A DNA stretch of 54,243 nt from an uncultured virus (IMG/VR IMGVR_UViG_3300017732_000002) (taxonomy: Duplodnaviria; Heunggongvirae; Uroviricota; Caudoviricetes), in IMG/VR virus record IMGVR_UViG_3300017732_000002; one strand, written 5' to 3'. Below the pieces are notes generated by a model, which worked only from the letters and a program-made list of their open reading frames with translations, had not been told where the DNA came from and did no database searches. Below, piece by piece: positions 46,039 through 54,243 of the stretch; position 1 is the first letter of the stretch, and each line of letters opens with the position of its first letter. The position numbers and the translations under genes are program-made.

Positions 46039-47349
46039 TTATGCATCAGGACTTGTGGTATCTGTTTGAACACCAGCATTAGCACCAACACCTGTATCTT
46101 TAGAAGTTGATTTGTGTACATGAGTCGCAAGAGTCGGTGCGTTTCCAGCGTCTGTTGATACGTCACCAACTGAATGTGTTGTTTTAGTAACATGTACTGT
46201 ACCGTCAACTGTTAAATTTGTAGTCATAAGTGTTTCGGGTGAAGTGAATGTTGTATTACCAACCACGTCTGCATTTAGTGTTCCGCCTATACTTGCATTT
46301 ACGTTTCCGTCTACCATTAAATCTGTATGTCCTGCTACGTAGATATCTGCATTACCTGTCGCTACTGCGATTCTAACATTACCCTTTTCGACAGACACGT
46401 CTACGTTACCACCGACAATTAGTTTATTGTCTTTTGCAACTACAGTATAATTATCATTTACAATTCTAGTTACCTCTGAACCATCAGGGTGTATCTCATG
46501 GAACGTTCCACTTCTATGTTCGATTGCCATTCTTTCTACACCAAGAGTATCGTCTATCTCAACGATATGTCCTGACTCTGTAGTCATGGATTTGTTATAT
46601 GGATATACTGGTTTAGCAGGTGATACTGGGAATGCCCATTCCTCGTCTACTACTCTTTTCTTTGTATTGTCTGTAAAGATTTCTTTTGTGTTTATGTGTT
46701 TTAGATTCTCAACTTTATCGTCTACAACTTTTGTAAAACTTCTATGTGTATATGTTGCGATACCTGTTGTGTTATCATTTAAATCTGAAGCGTCATAGTA
46801 TCTTGGATAGTAAGGTAAATCATCTTTGGTAAGTTCTACTTCTTCTATTGTTGAACCTGTTCCGTCATAGTTCAGCGTGAGAGACTTGACGTGTTTTGGT
46901 GCGGTATCTAATGCAGTAGTCAATCCAAAACTTCTAGTCCTATCGTGTGTAGGTGTTTCACCGTCTGGCGTCTCAGCATAGTCTGCTATTGTTAATCGTC
47001 TTGGGTCATTGAATCCGTCTTCAATCTTTCTTTGTATCAATTCGTCTTTGATTGTAATACGAGAACCCTGTGCAGGCATTCCAGCTGCTACACCAAGAAC
47101 CACTGGGTCTTGCATATAGTTTTCGTCTCTCCAAAAACCGAATACCGTAGACCCTTCTACGAGACCGTTACCTTTTCCGAATCCTGAGAGTCCTGCTTCT
47201 GTTGTTGGAAGTAATACTTGCGCCCATGGTAAATCAGGTGTTGAGATTTGGTCTTTGATATGAGTATGTACTCCGTGTACACGCACACGCACACGGCCAA
47301 TCTTTAATGGGTCTTGTCTGTCTTCTACTATCCCGTACCAAAATTTCAT
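46039..47349 (-). CDS. gp5: baseplate central spike gp5 (no lysozyme domain)
   Basis: OB-fold GIVEDRQDPLKIGRVRVR..G.H, LPWA; YPYN...TESGH..E.DDT...ER....HRSGT; beta-helix repeats. Confidence 0.92.
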   Translation of the reverse strand: MKFWYGIVEDRQDPLKIGRVRVRVHGVHTHIKDQISTPDLPWAQVLLPTTEAGLSGFGKGNGLVEGSTVFGFWRDENYMQDPVVLGVAAGMPAQGSRITIKDELIQRKIEDGFNDPRRLTIADYAETPDGETPTHDRTRSFGLTTALDTAPKHVKSLTLNYDGTGSTIEEVELTKDDLPYYPRYYDASDLNDNTTGIATYTHRSFTKVVDDKVENLKHINTKEIFTDNTKKRVVDEEWAFPVSPAKPVYPYNKSMTTESGHIVEIDDTLGVERMAIEHRSGTFHEIHPDGSEVTRIVNDNYTVVAKDNKLIVGGNVDVSVEKGNVRIAVATGNADIYVAGHTDLMVDGNVNASIGGTLNADVVGNTTFTSPETLMTTNLTVDGTVHVTKTTHSVGDVSTDAGNAPTLATHVHKSTSKDTGVGANAGVQTDTTSPDA

Positions 47350-47350
47350 T

Positions 47351-47590
47351 TTATCTCCAAGGTAACATTGTCATACCAAGTTGATTTAAACCCAACTCTA
47401 ATAATATGAATACTAATAGACATGGGCCTAATTGCCATGCCCACCATTGCCAACCTTCCAAACTGTCTACCCATTGTCTGAGTTTACTGTTTCGTGCCTT
47501 ATCATATGCACCTCTCTTTTCACCTATTTTGTTTGCCCAATGGTTTGGGTCTACCCAATTTTTAAGTGCTTTTAGAAATCTAATTATCAT
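47351..47590 (-). CDS. small Trp-rich membrane protein
   Basis: WQWWAWQLGPCLLVFILLELGL; tightly packed between hub and gp5. Confidence 0.65.
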   Translation of the reverse strand: MIIRFLKALKNWVDPNHWANKIGEKRGAYDKARNSKLRQWVDSLEGWQWWAWQLGPCLLVFILLELGLNQLGMTMLPWR

Positions 47591-49068
47591 ACTTCCCTCG
47601 GAGCTGCTGTATTATCTAATGGTGTATAGTCTGCAATCTTCTTAGCATAACTTTCTTTCACGCACTCGACAAAACATTTCCCTACCTTATCAGCAGGGAT
47701 ACCATTAATACATATGTCTGTAATCAAATATCTATTGTCGTTCATTTTATCTGAGATATCTACACCACCTGTTGAAGATTGCGGTGGTGGTATATCTAAT
47801 TTAATAATTGTACCTACATTTAAATCTGTTCTCATAGGTATTGTGATTATGATTCTGTTTTGTTGTAGAATCTCTAACATTGCCCTACGTTCTAATTTAC
47901 CAGCATCGACTTTAGCAGACCAACCTTTAAATGATTCTTCGGTATCTAACTTATCTGCATTGTCAAAAGAATGCACCATTTTAGTATCATAAATTTTCAA
48001 CGAATCATACTTGTAACCTAGATTTGCGTCAACGTCTTTTTCTGTAACTGGCGGAGAAACTTTTGCGTCCGTTACATTTTCTGTTGTAAAGACTTTTTCA
48101 AATACTTCATTTTGACCACCCGTTCTAATTAACGGAAACCCTGATAAATGGTTTTCTGCATTCCTTTCAAACAAGTCATTTATAGAATACAGGTCTACTT
48201 CGTCTACTTTTCTTATCGGGTCATATGTTATTTGTGTTGACGCATATGCACCACCAACCATTCCTCTTAATGTATCTGCTCTTTGTGGTATTTGTATATC
48301 TTCAATAATAGTATTAACACCACCGTCAGCATTTGCGTCTACGTCTGCAGTTTCTGTATCTGCTTGTCTTGAACCATATGAGAATGTAAGGGGAAACTCT
48401 TCTTGAAACATTGAATCGATTGATTTAAAAGTAAAACCACCGTTTAGTGTTTGATAAAAGAACATACCATTTTTGTATACTGCTTTTTCTTCTAGTCCTT
48501 TATCTGCATTGTTAACTGTAAAGTCTATAAACTTATCGATAGTCCAGTTAGGTACAACCATTTGTTGATTTTCAGGTTTAGTATCTTCCCAATGAACAAA
48601 CTCTTCTGTTTCCATATGTCCTTCATTGATTAAAACATTCTGCAACATTTTATCATATGAACCACGCATGACTCTAGACACTCTAGTATTTCTAGCAGTA
48701 AACATGCGTGGGTCACATACCTTTAAAACATAGGATTGGGTTGATTGGTCTACTCTGTTAACTGCAGTTATTTTGTAGACTTTTAAATCTCTGTCTACGG
48801 TAAACTCTTTGGGAGCTTCTTCTCCCATACCTTCAATTTGTTTGACTGCAATACGTATATATTCGTCACCTGTAATCTTAAAATTCTTTAACAGGTCAAG
48901 ACCGTCTATAATACTAATATCACCTGTAACAAACTTATTGTAAATACTTTCGTAAAGACGAAAAGATAAAACAAGACCCTGTATGTCTACAGACTCGCCT
49001 TCTTGGTTTACTAGATTAATTGCGTCAATGGTGAATACACCACCCTGCATGTTTTTCTTTTCAGACAT
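47587..49068 (-). CDS. baseplate hub protein, gp27-like
   Basis: LYESI....VTG.I.I.D..., I.G.E.I.I, FFYQT..GF.FKSIDS, L.VG.II.L.IP, YLIT.I; between gp53 and gp5. Confidence 0.7.
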   Translation of the reverse strand: MSEKKNMQGGVFTIDAINLVNQEGESVDIQGLVLSFRLYESIYNKFVTGDISIIDGLDLLKNFKITGDEYIRIAVKQIEGMGEEAPKEFTVDRDLKVYKITAVNRVDQSTQSYVLKVCDPRMFTARNTRVSRVMRGSYDKMLQNVLINEGHMETEEFVHWEDTKPENQQMVVPNWTIDKFIDFTVNNADKGLEEKAVYKNGMFFYQTLNGGFTFKSIDSMFQEEFPLTFSYGSRQADTETADVDANADGGVNTIIEDIQIPQRADTLRGMVGGAYASTQITYDPIRKVDEVDLYSINDLFERNAENHLSGFPLIRTGGQNEVFEKVFTTENVTDAKVSPPVTEKDVDANLGYKYDSLKIYDTKMVHSFDNADKLDTEESFKGWSAKVDAGKLERRAMLEILQQNRIIITIPMRTDLNVGTIIKLDIPPPQSSTGGVDISDKMNDNRYLITDICINGIPADKVGKCFVECVKESYAKKIADYTPLDNTAAPREV

Positions 49069-49802
49069 TATACACTCATTACACGTTCAAACTCAGATAC
49101 CACTCTTCGTATGAACTCAGGTTTGATAACTTTTATCTTTCTTCTCGCTTCGTTGTCTTCGTATTCTTTTTCGTAATACGTTCTTGGTTGATAGGTTCCT
49201 GTACTATTATTATTGTATCTAAATTCTTTGTCGATTGCATCAGGGTCATAGTAATATGCAACACCGTCTACTCCGTTTGCTACACTGCTAGGTGTAAATA
49301 CCTTAGTGCTACTCGCACCCGTAACCGCTTGGTTGGCCACAAATTTTTGGCCGTTTGTTGTTTCTACTAAAATTCTATTGTAAGTTGGGTCAACTTTTAA
49401 AATTTTACCTTTACGTGTTCCTTGAGTTATGTCTTCACCAATTAAAAATTTAGAAGTAGAAGATACTATGTCCGTACTCGTAGACGCAACTAAAAATTGG
49501 CCAGGATATGTAGATTTCATATAATTTTCAAATGTAGAAGTATCCATATGCCAATCGTAGTAATTAGTAATGTCATTTGCAAGGAATAATGTCCAGTGTA
49601 AATCACCATTACCATATAGTTTACTTGCAACTATATCAGGTCTTTCACCTTCTTGTAGTTCATAGACTGTGTAATCGATTACTTGATTAAGTTGTGTGCC
49701 TTCTAACTTTGCTTTACGAAAGAAGTCTTTGATTGTAACAATCTTTCCATTACTAAGTGTGTATCTTACTTCGGGAAAATTCTTAAATAGTTCGTTTGCC
49801 AT
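49068..49802 (-). CDS. gp53: baseplate wedge protein gp53
   Basis: F.NFP.V.Y, Y..QEGERPDIVA.KLYG...LHW, YE.E...NEARRKIKVIKP. Confidence 0.92.
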   Translation of the reverse strand: MANELFKNFPEVRYTLSNGKIVTIKDFFRKAKLEGTQLNQVIDYTVYELQEGERPDIVASKLYGNGDLHWTLFLANDITNYYDWHMDTSTFENYMKSTYPGQFLVASTSTDIVSSTSKFLIGEDITQGTRKGKILKVDPTYNRILVETTNGQKFVANQAVTGASSTKVFTPSSVANGVDGVAYYYDPDAIDKEFRYNNNSTGTYQPRTYYEKEYEDNEARRKIKVIKPEFIRRVVSEFERVMSV

Positions 49803-50893
49803 TATCCGTCACCCCTTGTCTGTCTATCACGAATACTGTAGTCAGTACCAGTAATAGGTTGACCCCCATCTCCTGTGCCTTGACCAATTGGAGAAATCTT
49901 TTGGAAGTTCTCTTGAGTAACAATTTTGATTTCTGTAAAGTCTAACTTCATAGCAGACTTTGTTGGTTGTCCGTTTTCAAAGAATCCTAATTCTGTATCT
50001 CCGTGTTGGATATCGCAACCAGTACAAACCATAGGCATAAATCCGTCTAGTCTTTTTTTGATTGGGCCATCAAATGATACGTCAAACACGTTTGGATAGT
50101 TAAAGAAGTTTTCGTTTTCTGTTGTCTCTGCACTACCATATGTATCAGGTAACATTGCAGTTCTGAAATAGTACATAATCTGTTGTACCATATCTGCTTC
50201 TTCTTCTGAACGTGGATAGAATTCATATTGGAATGAGAAAGAACGGAATCCAATACCTTCCAACAATTGTTCTTCCATTGGATTAACTGCTCGTCCAGCA
50301 TTCATGTTCATGAAATCTCCTGTGGCAGAATTCATAAGTTTGTTTATAGCAGCTCCTGCTACATTTTTGACTTCTGCACCGAACTGTTCTAGGTCACCCC
50401 CGTCACCAAAAAAGTTTCCTGATTCTCCACCGTCAAACATATCTGCAAGACCACGAATACCAGCACCGAATCCTTGAGTCTTATAGTTAACAGTAAAGTT
50501 ACTTGCTAAATGTTCGGGTTTAACATACAATGCTATTTCTAGATTCTTTTTCGATAGTAGGTTTTCCCCATTCTTTCCGTCTCTTGCTTCACGTGCCCTA
50601 GTTTGAAAAAGAATGTAGTTGTCTAGTTGGTCATACAGTGGATAAATTAAATCTATATCTGCAGTTGAAGGTGTCGATTTTGCAATTGACTTACCTTTAT
50701 TTCTTGCATCAAGATTTTTCTCTAAAGAAGACCGTCTCTTCTCTAAAGTTCTTTTAGCTTCTTCTGCTTGTTCTCCTAACTGGTCAAGAACAGTTGTCTT
50801 GTCTAAGTTCTTAAGTTTGGTCTTGATACCTTTTACAGATTCTACAGCGGACTTTGCTTGGTTGACTTTGTCTAATAATTTGCCTATTGCCAT
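49802..50893 (-). CDS. gp48: baseplate tail tube cap gp48
   Basis: AVNP..EQL.EG..FRSFSF.Y.F.PRS.EEA..V..I...FR..M.P, YP.VF, L.F.E. Confidence 0.88.
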   Translation of the reverse strand: MAIGKLLDKVNQAKSAVESVKGIKTKLKNLDKTTVLDQLGEQAEEAKRTLEKRRSSLEKNLDARNKGKSIAKSTPSTADIDLIYPLYDQLDNYILFQTRAREARDGKNGENLLSKKNLEIALYVKPEHLASNFTVNYKTQGFGAGIRGLADMFDGGESGNFFGDGGDLEQFGAEVKNVAGAAINKLMNSATGDFMNMNAGRAVNPMEEQLLEGIGFRSFSFQYEFYPRSEEEADMVQQIMYYFRTAMLPDTYGSAETTENENFFNYPNVFDVSFDGPIKKRLDGFMPMVCTGCDIQHGDTELGFFENGQPTKSAMKLDFTEIKIVTQENFQKISPIGQGTGDGGQPITGTDYSIRDRQTRGDG

Positions 50894-50938
50894 AAATACC
50901 TTCGTCTTAATAATTAATTGGTAATATATCTATTTATG
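50891..50938. promoter_or_regulatory. face-to-face late promoters CATAAATA for gp4 (+, 50891-50898) and gp48 (-, 50931-50938)
   Basis: The CAT of each promoter is the reverse complement of the opposite gene's ATG. Confidence 0.75.
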
Positions 50939-51370
50939 TCTTACAGTGGCAAGTTTAAACCGAAGAACTATAAAAAATACAAAGGAAACCCTACAAAAAT
51001 CTTTTATAGGTCTTTATGGGAAAGAAGATTCATGGTCTACGCTGATTCAAACCCTAATATCATTGAATGGGGTTCGGAAGAAGTAGTCATTCCTTACATA
51101 TCACCTCTTGATAGAAGACCTCACAGATACTTTCCCGACTTTTACATTAAGTATGTGAATGCTTCGGGACAAACTGTACGGGAAATCATAGAAGTCAAAC
51201 CAAAAAAACAACTTAAACCGCCAAAGAAACCTGAACATAGAGTTTCCAAAAGATATCTTATGGAAGCACAGACATATGCAGTCAATCAGGCAAAGTTCAA
51301 AGCAGCTGAATTATACTGCAAAGAAAGAAGATTAAAATTTAGGATATTAACGGAAGACCATTTGACTTAA
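50936..51370 (+). CDS. gp4: head completion protein gp4
   Basis: MSYSGKFKPKN.KKYKG.P..I.YRSLWER.FM, W.SEE..IPY, RYFPDF, IEVKP; start moved to ATG 50936. Confidence 0.95.
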   Translation: MSYSGKFKPKNYKKYKGNPTKIFYRSLWERRFMVYADSNPNIIEWGSEEVVIPYISPLDRRPHRYFPDFYIKYVNASGQTVREIIEVKPKKQLKPPKKPEHRVSKRYLMEAQTYAVNQAKFKAAELYCKERRLKFRILTEDHLT

Positions 51371-51386
51371 ATGCATAAATAGTTGT

Positions 51387-51938
51387 ATGGGACAACTATT
51401 GGACGATTTACAAAACGAGAAACCTGCTGAACTAAGAGCAAGAAGTATCGAATCCATGAACTGGTTCCGTAACAATTTAAGACAAATAAGAGTGCGGTCT
51501 ACTTCCTTAATGGACGAATTTGATACTGAGGGAGCGCTTCAACTAGGGCAAATGTATATGTTCTTTTATGACGCAAAGACACAGGACAAACTCCCATATT
51601 GGGACTACTTTCCTTTATGCATTCCTATTAAGAGATATAAAACAGGTTTCATGGGTTTGAACCTACATTACTTAGCACCAAGATATAGAATTAGATTACT
51701 GGACGCTATGTATGAGTATGCTTCAGACGGTGTATTTGATATCAATTATAAATTGGTGAAGTCAGTCGGAAAACTAAGGTGGGCAAAACCATGTGTAAAA
51801 CAATATCAATATGGATTCTTTAAGAGTTACATAAAGAAAGTAGACTCTCAGTATTATGATTTAATATCCATGTTACCAACAACGAAATTTAACGTGAATG
51901 CAAACACAGTATATTCAGAATCACTAGGAAGAATTTAA
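51387..51938 (+). CDS. gp2: DNA end protector protein gp2
   Basis: G.MYMFFYDAK..DKLPYWD.FPL, GLNLHYL...R..L, PCVK.Y; CATAAATA at 51374-51381. Confidence 0.93.
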   Translation: MGQLLDDLQNEKPAELRARSIESMNWFRNNLRQIRVRSTSLMDEFDTEGALQLGQMYMFFYDAKTQDKLPYWDYFPLCIPIKRYKTGFMGLNLHYLAPRYRIRLLDAMYEYASDGVFDINYKLVKSVGKLRWAKPCVKQYQYGFFKSYIKKVDSQYYDLISMLPTTKFNVNANTVYSESLGRI

Positions 51939-52687
51939 TGGCATTAAGAGATTTAGTAAAACAAGGTGTTTCCAACTTTTTAAGTGGGAACGACAAAGGA
52001 ACTGCAATCGATAAGTTCAAAGCAAACTTTGATACAGGTGCAAGAACAAATAGATTCCAAGCAGACTTTTTTGGCCCGCAGGGATTATCTTTAGAGGGGT
52101 TACGTTGTGACTCTGCTTCATTGCCAGGCAGAACAATTGAATCAACTCCATGGTCAGAATATGGACAAAAGAGACAAATGCCTCACGCAGTAAATGACGG
52201 TGGTGAAACTACGTTCTCTTTTTTCTGCGACCAAACATTCGCTGACAGATTAATAATCGAAGCATGGCAGTCTTTAGTATACACTGCTGGTGAAGGTAGT
52301 CAATTACAACCTACCTTTGCATACTACAATGATTACATAGGACAAGTTGATATAACACAATACAGGATTGACGGTAACTCTGCATTGAAATATAAGTTAT
52401 ATGAATGTTATCCAAAAGCTTTTGATGCAATGGCATTAGACTCAAACTCTCCTGATAGTATATTGAAGTTTGGGTGCACCATTGCATATCGAGGGTGGGA
52501 AGTAGAATATACTCAACCACCTGAACTATCAGGACTAAATAAAGGAAGGAGAGCACTTAATGCTGTCATGGAAGGACTATCAGTCGCTTCTAGATTTGGT
52601 GGCAAAGGTGATAAACTTCTTGGAAAACTGACTTCACTGGATACTAACCTTGGTAAGGTTAACAATGTATTCGGTAGTGGCGGTTAA
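51938..52687 (+). CDS. gp54: baseplate tail tube initiator, gp54-like (gp19 fold)
   Basis: AR.NRF, C..ASLPGR, WQ..V, YY.DYIG...I.Q, L.E.YPK; between gp2 and gp26. Confidence 0.75.
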   Translation: MALRDLVKQGVSNFLSGNDKGTAIDKFKANFDTGARTNRFQADFFGPQGLSLEGLRCDSASLPGRTIESTPWSEYGQKRQMPHAVNDGGETTFSFFCDQTFADRLIIEAWQSLVYTAGEGSQLQPTFAYYNDYIGQVDITQYRIDGNSALKYKLYECYPKAFDAMALDSNSPDSILKFGCTIAYRGWEVEYTQPPELSGLNKGRRALNAVMEGLSVASRFGGKGDKLLGKLTSLDTNLGKVNNVFGSGG

Positions 52688-52712
52688 TTTTTATTATTTG
52701 AGGAAATAAATT

Positions 52713-53429
52713 ATGGCATTACCAATACAAAGTGCACCTACTTATAAGTGCGCCTTGCCAAGTGACGGACGTGAAGTAACATTTAGACCGTTTCTTGTTA
52801 AGGAACAAAAGGTTTTAGTAATTGCGAAAGAGGGTGAAGACCAAAGTCGGTCACTTGCTTCTATAAAGCAAATGATTAAGGCAGTAACATCATTCAGTGA
52901 AAACGAATGGTTGGACGTTGAAAAACTTCCTATGTTTGACATTGAATATCTGTTCATTAAAATTAGAGCAGTATCAGTAGGTGAAACAGTTAAACTTAAT
53001 CTAACTTGTCAAGAAGCAGAGTGTAATGGCAGTGGTGAAGTCACTGTAAATCTAGATGAAGTACAGTGTAGTAAACCAAAAGGTGTAGAACCTAGAATTA
53101 TGATTACCGATGAACTAGGTGTTGTGTTAAGATATCCCGATTGGAATCTTATGGAAGACGTTCAAAAGATTGATTCCAACCAACAACCTATTGAAATGTT
53201 GAAGGCATGTATCACTGAAATATTTGATAGTGAATCTGTATATGATGCAGATGACGTATCAAAGAAAGAACTTAGTGAATTTGTGGATAACTTAACTTTC
53301 CCACAGATTGAAAAACTAGGTGAATATTTTGATGATATGCCAAAGATTTTTTATGATGCGAGTTACAAATGTAACACATGTGGAAAAGAACAAAGTAGAA
53401 CCTTGGAGGGCCTACAAAGTTTTTTTTAG
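52713..53429 (+). CDS. gp26: baseplate hub assembly protein gp26
   Basis: MALP....P.Y...LPS.G..V.FRPFLVKEQK.L, FDIEYLF.KIRA.SVGE, CxxC, LEGLQSFF. Confidence 0.93.
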   Translation: MALPIQSAPTYKCALPSDGREVTFRPFLVKEQKVLVIAKEGEDQSRSLASIKQMIKAVTSFSENEWLDVEKLPMFDIEYLFIKIRAVSVGETVKLNLTCQEAECNGSGEVTVNLDEVQCSKPKGVEPRIMITDELGVVLRYPDWNLMEDVQKIDSNQQPIEMLKACITEIFDSESVYDADDVSKKELSEFVDNLTFPQIEKLGEYFDDMPKIFYDASYKCNTCGKEQSRTLEGLQSFF

Positions 53430-53629
53430 TATGCCTTTCGCATGAGTCTGTATTGAATTATTACAATACAAACTTTCAGTTGATGCAACATCATAACTAC
53501 AGTTTGGAAGAACTTGAAAATATGATGCCATGGGAAAGGGAGATTTATATTATGCTGTTATTGCAGTTCCTAAAAGAAGAACAGGAACGGCAGAAGAATG
53601 AACAAGCCAAATATAATCAAAGGAGATAA
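53420..53629 (+). CDS. gp51: baseplate hub assembly catalyst gp51-like ORF (open from the T8 run; first ATG at 53483)
   Basis: Manual translation ...SHESVLNYYNTNFQLMQHHNYSLEELENMMPWEREIYIMLLLQFLKEE...; missing from ORF track. Confidence 0.85.
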   Translation, partial: FFLVCLSHESVLNYYNTNFQLMQHHNYSLEELENMMPWEREIYIMLLLQFLKEEQERQKNEQAKYNQRR

Positions 53630-53630
53630 C

Positions 53631-54017
53631 ATGGCAGAAGATAGAGAAAAATTCAGTGGTGACATGAGTCGTAATGAAGTTGAAATAGACTTAAGTAAGT
53701 TTATGGAAATGGTCACCGAAAACAATGCTCTTAAACAAGAGATTTTTGAATTAACCCACAACGATAGAGCAAACCCTTGGCAGAAATGGATTTTCGCTGC
53801 TAAAGCAGTTGACTCATGGAGAATATGGCCTAGAGCATTTCTAAGTGTTTACATATTCTTAATTTACTACGTTGTTATGTGGTTCCTAGATTTAGAAGCA
53901 CCTACCATGGAACAATCGGGTCTTATCAGTATCTTAGTTGGTGCTGGGGCGGCATGGTTTGGACTATATGTAAACAGTGCAGCTAAAGAACATGACTCTG
54001 ATAACAATAAGAAATAA
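53631..54017 (+). CDS. two-TM membrane protein (holin-like, unproven)
   Basis: DSWRIWPRAFL..YIFLIYYVVMWF and SGLISILVGAGAAWFGLY; AGGAG SD before ATG 53631. Confidence 0.7.
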   Translation: MAEDREKFSGDMSRNEVEIDLSKFMEMVTENNALKQEIFELTHNDRANPWQKWIFAAKAVDSWRIWPRAFLSVYIFLIYYVVMWFLDLEAPTMEQSGLISILVGAGAAWFGLYVNSAAKEHDSDNNKK

Positions 54018-54021
54018 TTAA

Positions 54022-54243
54022 ATGGCAAACGAAATCGATAAACAGTTAGAAGAGGCCGCAAAGACTCTTAAACCAGCATTTAAACAGGTTGTAGATTCTC
54101 TTGCGGATAGTAATAAAGAGGTTGCTCTAACAGCAGCTAACTTTAGAAACTCTTCAAGAGATTCCTTTAAGGGTGCACTCGCAGCTCAAAAAATGAGAGA
54201 CACCCTTACTAAAGTAGCAGACGGATTGAAGTCTGGCGAAGGA
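54022..54243 (+). CDS. helical protein, probable tape measure / gp29-like (partial)
   Basis: MANEIDKQLEEAAKTLKPAFKQVVDSLADS... Ala/Lys-rich helical, open to window end; follows gp26-gp51. Confidence 0.5.
   Translation, partial: MANEIDKQLEEAAKTLKPAFKQVVDSLADSNKEVALTAANFRNSSRDSFKGALAAQKMRDTLTKVADGLKSGEG

Noticed and set aside
1..54243. tRNA, rRNA, integrase or transposase
   Set aside because: None recognised by eye; intergenic gaps are short and explained by promoters, leaders or terminators. A tRNAscan/Infernal run would be needed to exclude them formally.

Overview
The window is the virion morphogenesis region of a low-GC T4-like myovirus of the marine cyanophage/pelagiphage type; the host cannot be determined from the sequence. 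Bases 1-50893 are transcribed on the minus strand. In transcription order they carry gp48, gp53, hub, gp5, gp25, gp6, gp7-like, gp8, a 2220-aa VrlC-like protein, a fibre cluster, a tailoring-enzyme cluster, gp13-gp23, gp3, uvsY, a 2OG-Fe(II) oxygenase and the start of uvsW. The plus strand carries gp4, gp2, gp54, gp26/gp51, a membrane protein and the start of a probable tape measure. The main novelty is two Tyr/Pro/Gln/Arg-rich repeat proteins (20371-21744 and 28117-29529) that are self-complementary at the protein level. Folded back on a fixed register, almost every Gly faces Tyr/Phe over about 145-190 residues with no slip. This implies giant antiparallel beta-hairpin needles, one linear and one Y-branched. 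Each follows a fibre gene ending in a G(D/H)LW motif. The first is followed by a late-promoter-driven cluster: glycosyltransferase, chaperone-like protein, two 2OG-Fe(II) oxygenases, a DUF6065-like protein and a hotdog-fold protein. This suggests post-translationally decorated virion appendages. Other signals are a -1 slippery site joining gp26 to gp51, a candidate late sRNA between twin terminators after gp23, many apparently leaderless late genes, and several structured leaders. All calls come from motif recognition and synteny; no database searches were run.
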